Virus record (IMG/VR): IMGVR_UViG_3300011113_000805
Span: 1 to 64,000 of that record
Strand: one strand, 5' to 3'
Length of the DNA: 64,000 bases
Positions 41,358-51,121 of this stretch are shown piece by piece; position 1 is the stretch's first letter; each line of letters begins with the position of its first letter. The notes under the pieces were generated by a model. The model was not told the origin of the DNA and made no database searches. It saw only the letters and a list, made by a program, of their open reading frames with translations. Both the position numbers and the translations under genes were made by a program.

Positions 41358-42329
41358 TCAGTAAGAATAAGTTGCAAAAAATCTTGAAACTTGCAAATCC
41401 CTAAGTGAGTTAGAGAAATTAATAGTCCTATCATTCAACGAGAAATCCTCATCCCCTGTGAGGAGCTGCCCATTCATGAAAACCATTAATGAGTTCGATG
41501 GATTAGGGGCGGCATTAAGAACTGCTGATGCCAATTGGGCACCGCCGGAATTTACAATGTCAACAACAAGCGGCTCGTTAATAGAGTAGCTCGTGACAGG
41601 CACCTGATAGGAATAGAGGGCAAGAATAACATCATCAATAACAGGGGCTTCAGCCAAGGTAAGTGTTGCCCCTTGCAATGTAAAGTCCTTGTCATGACCA
41701 GAAGAAAGAAGCTGACCATTAAGGAACAGCATTAGCGATGAGGCAGGGGATGGTGCACTTGGCAATGTGAATATACGATTTGATCCGTCTATTGCACCGG
41801 ATGGAGAAACGTTCATCGCCAAGCTACTACCAATACCACCTGAGGATCCCTGCTCGAGGAGGTTCATACGCCCTGTTAGGGAATTGAGACTAGCACTTGT
41901 AGCAAGGAGAGATGTGTTTAGCGCTGTTTGAGTAGCGCTCTGTTGCTCAGACAATAGCGAAAGGATTGCCAGCTGCGATTCAATGTTTGTGATCCTGGTG
42001 TCATTGTTATTACCTCCGATGCCGGCCGTAGGAGCTGTAAGTGATATTTGAATTTTTCCGCTATTGAGTCTCGTGATTGTGAGACCCTCACCACCTACAA
42101 TTGCCGGGGTGCCATCAGGCATAAAGAGTGCCCCAACAACTCCGCCTTCAAAAAATGCCGCATCCTTCACAGTGGCCTTGCCATTCACCGTGAAGTTTGC
42201 GGCCTTCTCTACGACACCAACATTCAAATCATAGATCGTGTTGAGACTTTTGATTTTCTTTGTTTTAATGTCACGTGAAGGTACAAAATTTCCTGACTCA
42301 ACTTCTTTCTGGGGTAGTGTAGTTCCCAT
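41358..42329 (-). CDS. Virion fibre-like structural protein
   Basis: Coiled coil plus two (L/V)F(L/M)NGQLL...DF repeats; CATACATA upstream. Confidence 0.6.
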   Translation of the reverse strand: MGTTLPQKEVESGNFVPSRDIKTKKIKSLNTIYDLNVGVVEKAANFTVNGKATVKDAAFFEGGVVGALFMPDGTPAIVGGEGLTITRLNSGKIQISLTAPTAGIGGNNNDTRITNIESQLAILSLLSEQQSATQTALNTSLLATSASLNSLTGRMNLLEQGSSGGIGSSLAMNVSPSGAIDGSNRIFTLPSAPSPASSLMLFLNGQLLSSGHDKDFTLQGATLTLAEAPVIDDVILALYSYQVPVTSYSINEPLVVDIVNSGGAQLASAVLNAAPNPSNSLMVFMNGQLLTGDEDFSLNDRTINFSNSLRDLQVSRFFATYSY

Positions 42330-42382
42330 GGCTCTTCCCCACTAGTAAGACTATGTATGTCTTACGGGTAAATCCATGGAAA

Positions 42383-42793
42383 CTAGTACCCCTCTTCAAG
42401 CCTCTTATGAATGATTGCATCCTTCTTCAGGAAAGCCTTAAAGAATTCCTCAGAATCAACACCAAGCAAGATAAGTGCTGCTGTAAAGTAGTTAAAGGAA
42501 TCAACCATCTCCTCAAGGAAAAGCTCGCGATTAAACGACGTGTCTTCACTAAGACGATGATTTTTCCAATTTTTGAGCTCACCTAGCGCTTCAAAAATTT
42601 CTTCAACACCTTTAAGTGTTACTTCCCTTACAAGTTGTTGTGATTTTTTCTGTGAAATATCTACTGGCCAGCTTCCATAGGCTCCTCGCTTGTCAGCTAT
42701 TTCACGCATAAACTCTTCGCGAAGAGCAAAGATTTCTTGAAGTCTATCGGGTCTCAAATGTGTCATTCCCGGCACCAGATGAATGTTGTGCAC
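42383..42793 (-). CDS. All-alpha NTP pyrophosphatase (dimeric dUTPase/dCTPase-like)
   Basis: EEIFEAL..LKNWKNH...EEMVDSFNY...KKDA....R...Y. Confidence 0.8.
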   Translation of the reverse strand: MHNIHLVPGMTHLRPDRLQEIFALREEFMREIADKRGAYGSWPVDISQKKSQQLVREVTLKGVEEIFEALGELKNWKNHRLSEDTSFNRELFLEEMVDSFNYFTAALILLGVDSEEFFKAFLKKDAIIHKRLEEGY

Positions 42794-43013
42794 TTTGCTC
42801 TAGCATAGACTCAATATTCCTATTGAATGCATTAAGAAATTCGGGTGACGGTGCAAGCCGACCATCACCAATATTTACTAGTTGCATTGTGCGTAGATTG
42901 TCGACAATATCGGTACCTGTGATAATGGCAATCTGTACTAGTCGTGCAATTGCTCCAATCGCCTCATCAGTGAGGCGAAGTTCTGAATTTTCGGCATTAA
43001 ACAAGCTGCTCAT
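42744..43013 (-). CDS. Hypothetical protein
   Basis: SD GAGGGAG before ATG 43013. Confidence 0.6.
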   Translation of the reverse strand: MSSLFNAENSELRLTDEAIGAIARLVQIAIITGTDIVDNLRTMQLVNIGDGRLAPSPEFLNAFNRNIESMLEQSAQHSSGAGNDTFETR

Positions 43014-43052
43014 GTTTGTCTCCCTCTTAATGTTAAGATTATTCAATCGAAG

Positions 43053-43847
43053 TTAAAGTTGTACACGAGGTGCCCACCAGGTTGTCCTTCCATCACGTGT
43101 CTCTTGGACAACCACTAGCTCACCATTAGGATCTGTCTTTCGACCGTATACTAGCATTTCATGCTCCCCTACATTACCATCGAATCCCTTGTAGGTAAGA
43201 ATAGTAGAACCACCTGAAGAGTATGCAGCTGAGATCACAGATCGAACCGCAAGGCAAAGATCATGCAGTTGAATATCTGTGCACTGTGAAACTTTTCGGT
43301 GTGGGCTCAATTTTACCAACCATAGAGAATCAGCCTTCAGGTAGTTTCCTACACCGGAAATGATTCCCTGATTCATCAAGACCTCGGCAAGTGTTTTCTC
43401 CGGAAACTTTCGAAGACGACCAATAAATGTCTCTGGTGAAACATTGTCACTTAGCATGTCCGGACCTAGTGTATCCAGTTTTGCCTTCAATCCGGCACGA
43501 TCTGATACCTTGAGGGTTCCAAAATTTCGAGGGTCACTGAAGAAGAGATCGCCCTTCGAAGTTTTCATGGTGACTCGAGTATGTTTTCCTTGACGATTAG
43601 ACCAGGATCCGGACATTCCAAGTGTATTAAAGATGACAGCATCACTATTGAAGAAGGTGAAGTAAATGAATTTTCCTTTACACCCGACAGTTTCCACACC
43701 AAGCGGAAATGACAAATCACTCAGGCCTTCAATAGGATTCCTTAGATATCGCCCGCTATTAATGACAATTCCTTCAATAAGGGCAACACCCTCTAGAAAT
43801 TGATTAATGGAATCAACAAACCCACGAACTTCTCCACCTTCAGGCAT
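43053..43847 (-). CDS. Fpg/Nei DNA glycosylase (zincless finger)
   Basis: MPEGGEV, KGK, LGMSG, DPRNFG, LGPD, GVGNY; no zinc-finger cysteines. Confidence 0.92.
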   Translation of the reverse strand: MPEGGEVRGFVDSINQFLEGVALIEGIVINSGRYLRNPIEGLSDLSFPLGVETVGCKGKFIYFTFFNSDAVIFNTLGMSGSWSNRQGKHTRVTMKTSKGDLFFSDPRNFGTLKVSDRAGLKAKLDTLGPDMLSDNVSPETFIGRLRKFPEKTLAEVLMNQGIISGVGNYLKADSLWLVKLSPHRKVSQCTDIQLHDLCLAVRSVISAAYSSGGSTILTYKGFDGNVGEHEMLVYGRKTDPNGELVVVQETRDGRTTWWAPRVQL

Positions 43848-43887
43848 TTTACCTCCTTAAGAAGGATATCAGGAACTAAGTAGTTTT

Positions 43888-44673
43888 TTAAGAGTTCGAA
43901 TCAATATTGGCTCGAATTTGACGAATAACCTCGGGTGTCTCGTCATGATGGCTCACTTCGAAACCGGTACCATTGGCGGCCAGAAGTTCATAGATCTCTC
44001 GGTCATTGCCATCACCTCTGCAGCGGTCACCTACAAACCACACGGTGTGGCCACGAAGTCGATGCATAACGAAAGTCTTGTTCCAACCCTGTGGGAAGAT
44101 GTCAAATGATGTGTCACCTCCCAGCTTCACATCGATCTCTTCACCGTAGCTCGTGAAGAGCTGCCGCAGTTGGACTAGTGCTTCCTGTCGCCACCCGGTC
44201 CTAATGTCAAATTGGCGGAAAGCTTCACGCTCCTCACTTCCGGACTCCCTTCCCACCGGACACCAGTTGAGCATTGACTCACGATAAGAGATAAAGTTGC
44301 CGGTGACTTGCAGTGGATGCTGTTGCATAAAGTTACGCTGCAAAGCGAGGAGATCAAACACCATTCGCCTATAGGTGTCGACACCTATCTCCTCACGCAT
44401 TGAGTAAAGTGGATCCATTCGACGCCAGCACTTTTGCCAGTCACGAATCCAGTGCTGTGTCCCATTGCAAGGAAAAACTTCAAGACCCTCCTCAAAGAGC
44501 TCATCAGGAACCTGTTGCTTCACATAGTCAAGGCCGGAACCTGTGAGAATTCCAACCCTTGTCTTTCCTGGTGCCAAGAGATCTTCAAGGAGAGAGTTGA
44601 CATTCTCCTTGGTCATTGAGCCACGTGCAGGTGTCAGTGTGCCATCTAGATCGAAGAGAACAATATGACGCAT
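43888..44673 (-). CDS. Eukaryote-type phosphomannomutase (HAD)
   Basis: LFDLDGTLTPAR, TGS, FISYR.SMLN.CPVGR, GGDTSFDIFP.GWNK, GD....GND.EI. Confidence 0.88.
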   Translation of the reverse strand: MRHIVLFDLDGTLTPARGSMTKENVNSLLEDLLAPGKTRVGILTGSGLDYVKQQVPDELFEEGLEVFPCNGTQHWIRDWQKCWRRMDPLYSMREEIGVDTYRRMVFDLLALQRNFMQQHPLQVTGNFISYRESMLNWCPVGRESGSEEREAFRQFDIRTGWRQEALVQLRQLFTSYGEEIDVKLGGDTSFDIFPQGWNKTFVMHRLRGHTVWFVGDRCRGDGNDREIYELLAANGTGFEVSHHDETPEVIRQIRANIDSNS

Positions 44674-44722
44674 TTGGAACTTGAGACCTTAATCACACAC
44701 TTGTGACTGTTGGATGAACAGG

Positions 44723-45190
44723 TTAACGATAATTGCTCCACTTATGGCGGGGATCATCAGGACCCCGAAGTCCCACGGTATCCCACGGATCAGGTTTCAT
44801 AGGGTTCCATGGTTCCCTTGGTGGCACACCATACAAGGCCTCTCTCCGCTTTTCTTCCTCCCGATCCGCAGCATTCCTGGCTTCCCATTCTTTGTTAGCC
44901 TTTCGAGTTGCAGCAGTCTTTGACTTAATCGCAGCAATTTCATCAGGTGATTTCAAACTCCTTTGATACTTTTGATTAGCAGATCTGAATTTAGAGATAG
45001 CTGCAGGACCAAAGAAAGACTGATCAATATCAGCGTACTTTAGTTCTCCTGATAAAATGCTGTCACACATTTCATTAACGAGACTAGCGATTCTAGAATT
45101 AAAATCATTGCTAGCATCAACAGACTCGTGAATCATGCCATCAATTTCTTCTTTGACTATCCTGCGCAATTGGCTCTCAGTAAGTTTCAT
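44723..45190 (-). CDS. Hypothetical protein, putative virion-internal
   Basis: Start MKLTESQLRRIVKEEI at 45190 (SD GGAG, ATATGTA upstream). Confidence 0.65.
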   Translation of the reverse strand: MKLTESQLRRIVKEEIDGMIHESVDASNDFNSRIASLVNEMCDSILSGELKYADIDQSFFGPAAISKFRSANQKYQRSLKSPDEIAAIKSKTAATRKANKEWEARNAADREEEKRREALYGVPPREPWNPMKPDPWDTVGLRGPDDPRHKWSNYR

Positions 45191-45227
45191 TTTGTGTCTC
45201 CACGCTGAATGATCATACATATTAATG

Positions 45228-45866
45228 TTAAAAACCAAAAGCCTCAATCGTGTGCTGGAAAGGTGAGCCCGGTATCTCGCGGACTTGTCGCAACATCTCT
45301 TCCGCAAGCCAGCAGATCTCCCGCTGAGCATCAGGTTTCATTCGAAGGCCCAAGAAGTGATTGAACGATCGCCAGTTGAACATAATATCCATAGTGATCT
45401 GATTTCCGTATGGAAGGTAGAAGCGTGCCGTCTCCTTTGCTCGCTTACGACTCATTCCACCATCCACCAACCGCTTCAGGGTCTCGTGGTACTTTTGGAT
45501 TGCATCTTCCATAAAAGTGGCATACCTCTCCTGCTCATCTGCCGGCCAGTCAGGAGGAATGTAGTACTTGTTATCCTTGAGCTCTTTATAGCGAGCTGAC
45601 TCTGCATTGACTGAGAGACCAATCCTGTGCTTCAGAAGCTGAATATGAGTTGCTGCATCCACAGTCACCAGAAAATGAAGGGCAGATTTTTCGAAAACGG
45701 TGTGATGTCCCTGGTCAGCAAGCATTTTCAGGAGCTGGGGGATCCGTTGTCTCTTTTCATCGGTGAGATCTCTTGAGGTTGATGTCCATGCTGAGAGTGC
45801 ATGTGTCTCATCAGAACCATACCAGCCTGTAAGCTGGACACGGTTGGCGCCTATTGTTTCTAACAT
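45228..45866 (-). CDS. thyX: Flavin-dependent thymidylate synthase
   Basis: GHHTVFE, QLLKHRIG....ESARY, KETARFYLP, NWRSFNHFLGLR...AQREI. Confidence 0.92.
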   Translation of the reverse strand: MLETIGANRVQLTGWYGSDETHALSAWTSTSRDLTDEKRQRIPQLLKMLADQGHHTVFEKSALHFLVTVDAATHIQLLKHRIGLSVNAESARYKELKDNKYYIPPDWPADEQERYATFMEDAIQKYHETLKRLVDGGMSRKRAKETARFYLPYGNQITMDIMFNWRSFNHFLGLRMKPDAQREICWLAEEMLRQVREIPGSPFQHTIEAFGF

Positions 45867-45868
45867 GA

Positions 45869-46471
45869 TTAGTCCAGTGTGTACTTGAGATCAATCTTGC
45901 ATGTGAGTGTTGGAAGACGAAGCTCATTAGCCAGCCCATGAGACTTTGCTTCGATCGCATCTAGATACCAGTCAGCATGCCCACGCTCATGAACAAGCTT
46001 CAGAAAGTAATCAGATGGCTTGCCGCAGTTTCGTGCCATCATCTCATAGACCTTCTTGTTGAGTCGATCGGCCTCACGTGAGTCAGCCTTAAGCTCCTCA
46101 ACCTTTCCAATAGCACCAGAGGAAACATCATGAATCATAAGGGTTGCATCCGGATCCATGAATCGCATGCCTTCGGCACCAAAGGAGAAAAGGATGGCAC
46201 CACAGGACATTGCTTTGCCTTCTACAATGGTAGCAACAGGTACCCGTGAAGATCGAATAGAGGCAATCATGGACATTAGGGAATAAACCTGGCCACCATA
46301 AGAATCGATAACAACTGGAATAACTGACTGACCAGTGTTCTGGGCCATGCTCATTTGCGAAGTGAACTCCTTTGCTGACTCTTCATCAAACTTGTTAACA
46401 CGAATGATGATTGGATCGACCTTGAGTTCAACTGCCTTGATCTGTGGTGCAATGTCTGCAATAAAGTTCAT
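45869..46471 (-). CDS. clpP: ClpP-family protease
   Basis: IDSYGG, GKAMSCG, LMIHD, D.YLDA.EA...GL; start at ATG 46471. Confidence 0.85.
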   Translation of the reverse strand: MNFIADIAPQIKAVELKVDPIIIRVNKFDEESAKEFTSQMSMAQNTGQSVIPVVIDSYGGQVYSLMSMIASIRSSRVPVATIVEGKAMSCGAILFSFGAEGMRFMDPDATLMIHDVSSGAIGKVEELKADSREADRLNKKVYEMMARNCGKPSDYFLKLVHERGHADWYLDAIEAKSHGLANELRLPTLTCKIDLKYTLD

Positions 46472-46529
46472 GTTATATCCTGCTTGTGTTAGGTTGTTGA
46501 TTACCTGCTCTTGCACATCTTCTTCGTAG

Positions 46530-47531
46530 CTACTTGCAACGACTCCACCCGCAAGAGGAACACGATAGGCATCCCTCTTGGTAGATGAGATCTCCGTTGC
46601 CACACTCCGGACATCCCTTTTCACTTGACTTAGTGCCATCCTTAATATACCCCTTGAGAACCCTAGCAATTACCTTTGCAAATGAGAACATATCACTGTT
46701 TTTATCCTTTTGCAGCTGCTCAACGACGTAATGAATTGGAACATTGTGACGTAAAGCAAGTGAGATTGTTCGCGTGAATGCACCCTGTGTTGAATTGTCG
46801 AAAAGTGTGACAATATCCTTGAAGACTAGATTGTCATCATCACCGACTGGAACGAGGAGATTGTATGTAGTAACTCCTTCACGCTTACCATTTTTAACCA
46901 ATGTGCCTGACTTGTATCGCTTTGGAATCTCAATATTTTCAGGAATGCCACAAAATACCTCGTAGGGCTTCCCCTCATTGAGTCCCACCAGAATGAGCCA
47001 AGATGTTCCTCCAATATTTGCTCTATGAATATCGCACTCTAGGGTCTTTGGCCTCTTTGGTGTGAGACGACCGTCAGCAAGGGGTTTTGGCTGGACTGTC
47101 TTGGGCTCTTCAGACTGCACTAAGACACCGGTTCTGCAACCGTCACGATAGACCGTAAATCCCTTGCACCCAGACTTCCATGCCTGAAGATAGACGTCAT
47201 TAACGGTCTCACGAGTCGCTGAGTTGGGGAGGTTGCAATTATGAACCGTAAAACCATTTGCTGAAAATGAATTCCCATCAGGAACTGTTAAATCATAAGT
47301 TCTTTCATTTCCTAGCATTTCAATTGAAAGAATCTCATCGAAATCATCGGCTGTTTTGGATTCATCAAGCCATCGCTTAAGCGTCCAATATCCGGGATTT
47401 TTAATATCTGATTCATTCAGATGCGCGGTAAGTAATAAAAATTTTGCCGCTTCCTGTTTGTTTACTCGAAATTCACGAGGAATTCGAACTTCTGCATTCT
47501 TACAGATAACTTCTACAGCCAAGTCTTGCAT
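46530..47531 (-). CDS. nrdJ: Class II RNR C-terminal part fused to a split C-intein (47238-47531)
   Basis: TYDLTV...SANGFTVHN|CNLP...GCKGFTVYRDG; PYEVF domain; terminal CPECG...EGC..C..CGWSRC. Confidence 0.9.
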   Translation of the reverse strand: MQDLAVEVICKNAEVRIPREFRVNKQEAAKFLLLTAHLNESDIKNPGYWTLKRWLDESKTADDFDEILSIEMLGNERTYDLTVPDGNSFSANGFTVHNCNLPNSATRETVNDVYLQAWKSGCKGFTVYRDGCRTGVLVQSEEPKTVQPKPLADGRLTPKRPKTLECDIHRANIGGTSWLILVGLNEGKPYEVFCGIPENIEIPKRYKSGTLVKNGKREGVTTYNLLVPVGDDDNLVFKDIVTLFDNSTQGAFTRTISLALRHNVPIHYVVEQLQKDKNSDMFSFAKVIARVLKGYIKDGTKSSEKGCPECGNGDLIYQEGCLSCSSCGWSRCK

Positions 47532-48574
47532 TATAACCTTCCCAGTATTTTAAGCAGATCTTCATTAAAGATCTCGGTTTCAGTAAGAACATGAAAGTTT
47601 TGGCCAAGAACATCTCTTGCTGCCGAAATTTTCAAGGCATTAACATGCTCACACACTTTTTTAAGTGGCTTTATTTCTAGAACAATTGTACTACCTATAG
47701 CATTGACAAATGCTATATCAGGATAGTAGTGCCTTCTTGAATTGCTTATCATATACTGAATTCTTTCAGGTGTTATTACTCTTTGAATTCTACATTGTCC
47801 AAGAAGATTGTCTAAAGCTTCAAAAACTTTTTTCTCCCATGATGATCTATAAAAAAACTTATCGTTTTCCTGATTGTTCATTCTATACCACCCCTTCTCA
47901 GAGTTCTTATATCCATTCTTATCAGATTCTAAAGAAGATCTAGAGAACCTATTTGATAGATACTCACTATAAAGTGAGTCTATTGCGTCAGGAGTAAGTT
48001 CATCAATATTTTTAATGTGCATATGCAATAGAATGTGCTTCATTTTCCAAGCATGAGTATTCTTCACTCTAAAGTTTTTGTAAGCTTCTTTAGTAATCTG
48101 CTTTCTCTTGTTGTCAGAGAAATTTTTGCTATATGCAATTCCAAGCATTGAACATGCTGATTTAAGAACCCTTTCCTTGTCAGCCAACTTTATTGCATCA
48201 TGATTGCCATATTTTTTAAGCCTTCCTATTGCTATCTTTTCTGAGTGGTTTGATAGATTTTTGAATTCGCGTGCCCATAATTCTAACACATCACTATCAC
48301 ATAATCCATCGAAAGGAATGTCATGTGATATCAAAAAGTTTTTTGCACGTGTTATTTTGCTTGATTTACCATTCCTAGAAAAATCACCTGTTTCTCTTAT
48401 CTTTCTGATTCTTAATGTGTCACCATGCATTCTTCTGTTATGATAATCAGGTGTTGCCTTAAAACATTTTAATGAACAGCAGCCATGCTTCATACTAACA
48501 GATTTCGAAATTATACTGTCCATTTGATCGACAATTTTATTGCAAACTTTGCATTCGAATGTTGTTCTAGGCAC
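47531..48574 (-). mobile_element. TnsA-like PD-(D/E)xK endonuclease between the nrdJ split-intein halves
   Basis: CxxC..CSLKC; YRSSWE...I.Y....RHYYPD......LEIKP; AT-rich. Confidence 0.75.
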
Positions 48575-48615
48575 TTTCTACTCCACAGGATCTACATATG
48601 CCATGGAGTAGAAAG
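48574..48615 (-). promoter_or_regulatory. RBS-sequestering hairpin with an ATAnnTA motif in the loop
   Basis: 12-bp stem 48574-48585/48604-48615 covers the SD GGAG and the first base of GTG; CATATGTA in the loop. Confidence 0.75.
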
Positions 48616-48618
48616 AAA

Positions 48619-51120
48619 TTATGATAACTTAACTCTGTCACCGATATTAATGTCCTTTAATTCTGCCCATGCCTCAAGACCATCATCATCGTTAAGCAAA
48701 ATAAACTTATGATCTAGTGTTGTTTTGATGCTTAATCCGGATTTTGTGGTCACACGATAAACCGGCTTAACACCTTGATCTGAGACAAATCCAATCATTG
48801 CTAAACGGCCATGATGATTAACCGTCATGAGGTCACTAACAGTTGCCGAACTTTCAGATTGACAGTTAGAAAGCTCGGCAATTTCATCGGCATAAAGCAA
48901 CCCACTATCTGTTTCAACAAGAGAATCACCTGATACACAAGTTTTAGAAATTGAGTGATCAACCCATCGCTGGGCAGCCGCTTGAATCTTTACCGAATTT
49001 ACCCAGTCAATGTCATTTGCAGTTGCACCCCAATATGGACTTTCCTGAGGATCTGACTTACCCGTGATATCCATCCACTTTTTGAACCAATGATGATAGA
49101 CAGTATATTCCTGCCACTTATCACCCATTGGATCCACAAAATCAACTCGGGATGTGATATCACCCTGCGTGATCTTTCGACGACGTTTATAGGAGAGCAG
49201 GAATGCTGGTTCAATTCCGGATGTTGTCTGGGTTAGGATGGAAACAGATCCTACAGGTGCTGTGGTTGTGAGGGCAATATTACGACGACCCGATGTGCGC
49301 CACATCTCGAGGGCACCTGGTGACTCAGTCTCGACTACCTGCATAATCTTGCCAAGGTAGCTATGTCCTTTCTCTTTCTCCCAGTCCCAGACAGGGAAAG
49401 CACCACGCTCGTGTGCCATCACTAGTGAGGAGTAGTGAGACCAGGTGGCCAGTGATTTGTAGATCTTCTCAGTAACCGCAATAGACTCCTCTGAGCCATA
49501 CCGAAGTCCTAGTGCTGCCAGGGCATCACCAAGGCCCGTGATCCCAAGTCCTGTCCTGCGACCATTGCTACCGGCAGCACGAATCTTCTCCCAGAGATCC
49601 TGTTCAATCTGCTTCACATGCTTGGGCTGTGGATCGTTCTTGATTTTCTCCAGAATGCGATCGACACACTCGACCTCAAGATCAACAAGGTCATCCATTA
49701 GGCGCTGTGCATCCTGAGTGACAGTTGCAAACTCATCAAAATTGAAACTTGCATTTGGCGTAAATGGGTTTCGAATGAATGAGGTGAGATTGATCACCAT
49801 CAGGCGGCAAGAGTCATATGGGCTGAGCGGGATTTCTCCACAATTGTGAACCAGAATATCATTTGCAAAGAAATTATGTACATCATCAACGGTTAGATCA
49901 TAAACATCTTCATTTTTTACCGCTGAGATGTCTTGAATTTCATCCCATTCTGTATTAATTTTGAGAATTTTATCACTAGTTTGAAGCTCGCCCGCCTCAA
50001 TCCAGCCTCTCTGTGTAAAAACTCTGTGATCAGGAGTTAGCTTAATTGATTTACCACTCTTTGTGGTAAGTTGCAGAATTTTTGCATCTTCCTTTGTTTT
50101 GAAAGCAGTCGCTGTTTTCTGTACAACCTTATTTTCCTTAATGTCATATGCACAAACCATAAACTGTGCATTATTATCTGCAAGTTCTTTAACAGTCTTT
50201 GGTCCTGCATTTGTTTTTACAACTGTGTCACCGGTGACACACGGATTCGTTGAGATTGTCTTGTATCCGACATCCCTATAGCAATCGACAATGCCTTCAT
50301 TGACCACCGTATCCCAGAAAAGAGCTCCAGGTTCAGCAGATGCCCAGGCAGCATCAATAAACTTCTCCCAAACTTGCCTTGCATTGACCACGCGTGTAAT
50401 CTCAGCATCTTCAGGAGCTGCCTCTACGGGCCATCGAAGAGTAAAGTCCTCGCCCTTCTCAACCGCCCGCATAAACTCATCAGTAAATCTGATTGAGATA
50501 TTTGCACCGGTAACTTTCTTAAGGTCACGCTTGATGTCAATAAATGTTTCAAGCTCAGGATGATTACAATGAACGGTTAGCATCAGGGCCCCACGCCGGC
50601 CGCCTTGAGCAACTTCCCGTGTAGAGTTGGAGAAGCGCTCCATAAAGACACCGATACCATCAGTCGTCCGGGCCGCATTGGTTGTTGGTTGTCCCTTTGG
50701 ACGAATGGTGGAGATGTCAAAGCCAACGCCTCCGCGGCGCTTCATAATCTGCACCTGTTCCTGATCGCTGAAGAGGATGCCGCCGTAGGAGTCGTGAGGC
50801 TGATCAATAACAAAACAGTTGGAAAGTGACTGAAGCTGATGAGGATTGCCAATTCCTGACATTGGCGATCCCTGAGGGACTACTTGGGCAAATCCCGTGA
50901 GGAGACTCAGGATTCTTTCCTCACTGAGTGGGTTTGGATACTTTGCCTCGATCCTCGCAAACTCCTTTGCAAGCCGTGTATGTAGCTGCCCAGGATCGGT
51001 CTCTAGCAAGTCACCCTGATGATTCCTGAGAGCGTACTTCAGAAAGACATCCGGTGCAAGCTCATCACCGCCAAAGGCCTCACGAAGGTGTTCAAGAACG
51101 CTTTGATTTTTGTTACTCAT
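48619..51120 (-). CDS. nrdJ: Class II RNR N-terminal part with a cis mini-intein and a split N-intein (48619-48939)
   Basis: SLSNCFV, GGVG, RRGALM, EPGA, TNP|C..HN|CGE, RRTGLG, APVGS, SISKT|CVSGD...TTLDHKF. Confidence 0.93.
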   Translation of the reverse strand: MSNKNQSVLEHLREAFGGDELAPDVFLKYALRNHQGDLLETDPGQLHTRLAKEFARIEAKYPNPLSEERILSLLTGFAQVVPQGSPMSGIGNPHQLQSLSNCFVIDQPHDSYGGILFSDQEQVQIMKRRGGVGFDISTIRPKGQPTTNAARTTDGIGVFMERFSNSTREVAQGGRRGALMLTVHCNHPELETFIDIKRDLKKVTGANISIRFTDEFMRAVEKGEDFTLRWPVEAAPEDAEITRVVNARQVWEKFIDAAWASAEPGALFWDTVVNEGIVDCYRDVGYKTISTNPCVTGDTVVKTNAGPKTVKELADNNAQFMVCAYDIKENKVVQKTATAFKTKEDAKILQLTTKSGKSIKLTPDHRVFTQRGWIEAGELQTSDKILKINTEWDEIQDISAVKNEDVYDLTVDDVHNFFANDILVHNCGEIPLSPYDSCRLMVINLTSFIRNPFTPNASFNFDEFATVTQDAQRLMDDLVDLEVECVDRILEKIKNDPQPKHVKQIEQDLWEKIRAAGSNGRRTGLGITGLGDALAALGLRYGSEESIAVTEKIYKSLATWSHYSSLVMAHERGAFPVWDWEKEKGHSYLGKIMQVVETESPGALEMWRTSGRRNIALTTTAPVGSVSILTQTTSGIEPAFLLSYKRRRKITQGDITSRVDFVDPMGDKWQEYTVYHHWFKKWMDITGKSDPQESPYWGATANDIDWVNSVKIQAAAQRWVDHSISKTCVSGDSLVETDSGLLYADEIAELSNCQSESSATVSDLMTVNHHGRLAMIGFVSDQGVKPVYRVTTKSGLSIKTTLDHKFILLNDDDGLEAWAELKDINIGDRVKLS
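49843..50241 (-). mobile_element. Cis mini-intein (133 aa, no endonuclease) at the RNR active-site NPCGE
   Basis: CVTGDT...TPDH...VYDLTV..HNFFAN..VHN|C. Confidence 0.92.
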
Positions 51121-51121
51121 G

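Noticed and set aside
46472-46669. N-terminal extensions given in the track for clpP (also glmS, nrdJ, 7729, 21428, 45331, 56144)
   Set aside because: They overlap upstream genes or hairpins, and downstream ATGs with SD or conserved N-termini fit better
26916-51120. dnaE and nrdJ as pseudogenes or group I intron-split genes
   Set aside because: Both halves carry intact intein blocks with coupled starts, and there is no non-coding space for a ribozyme core
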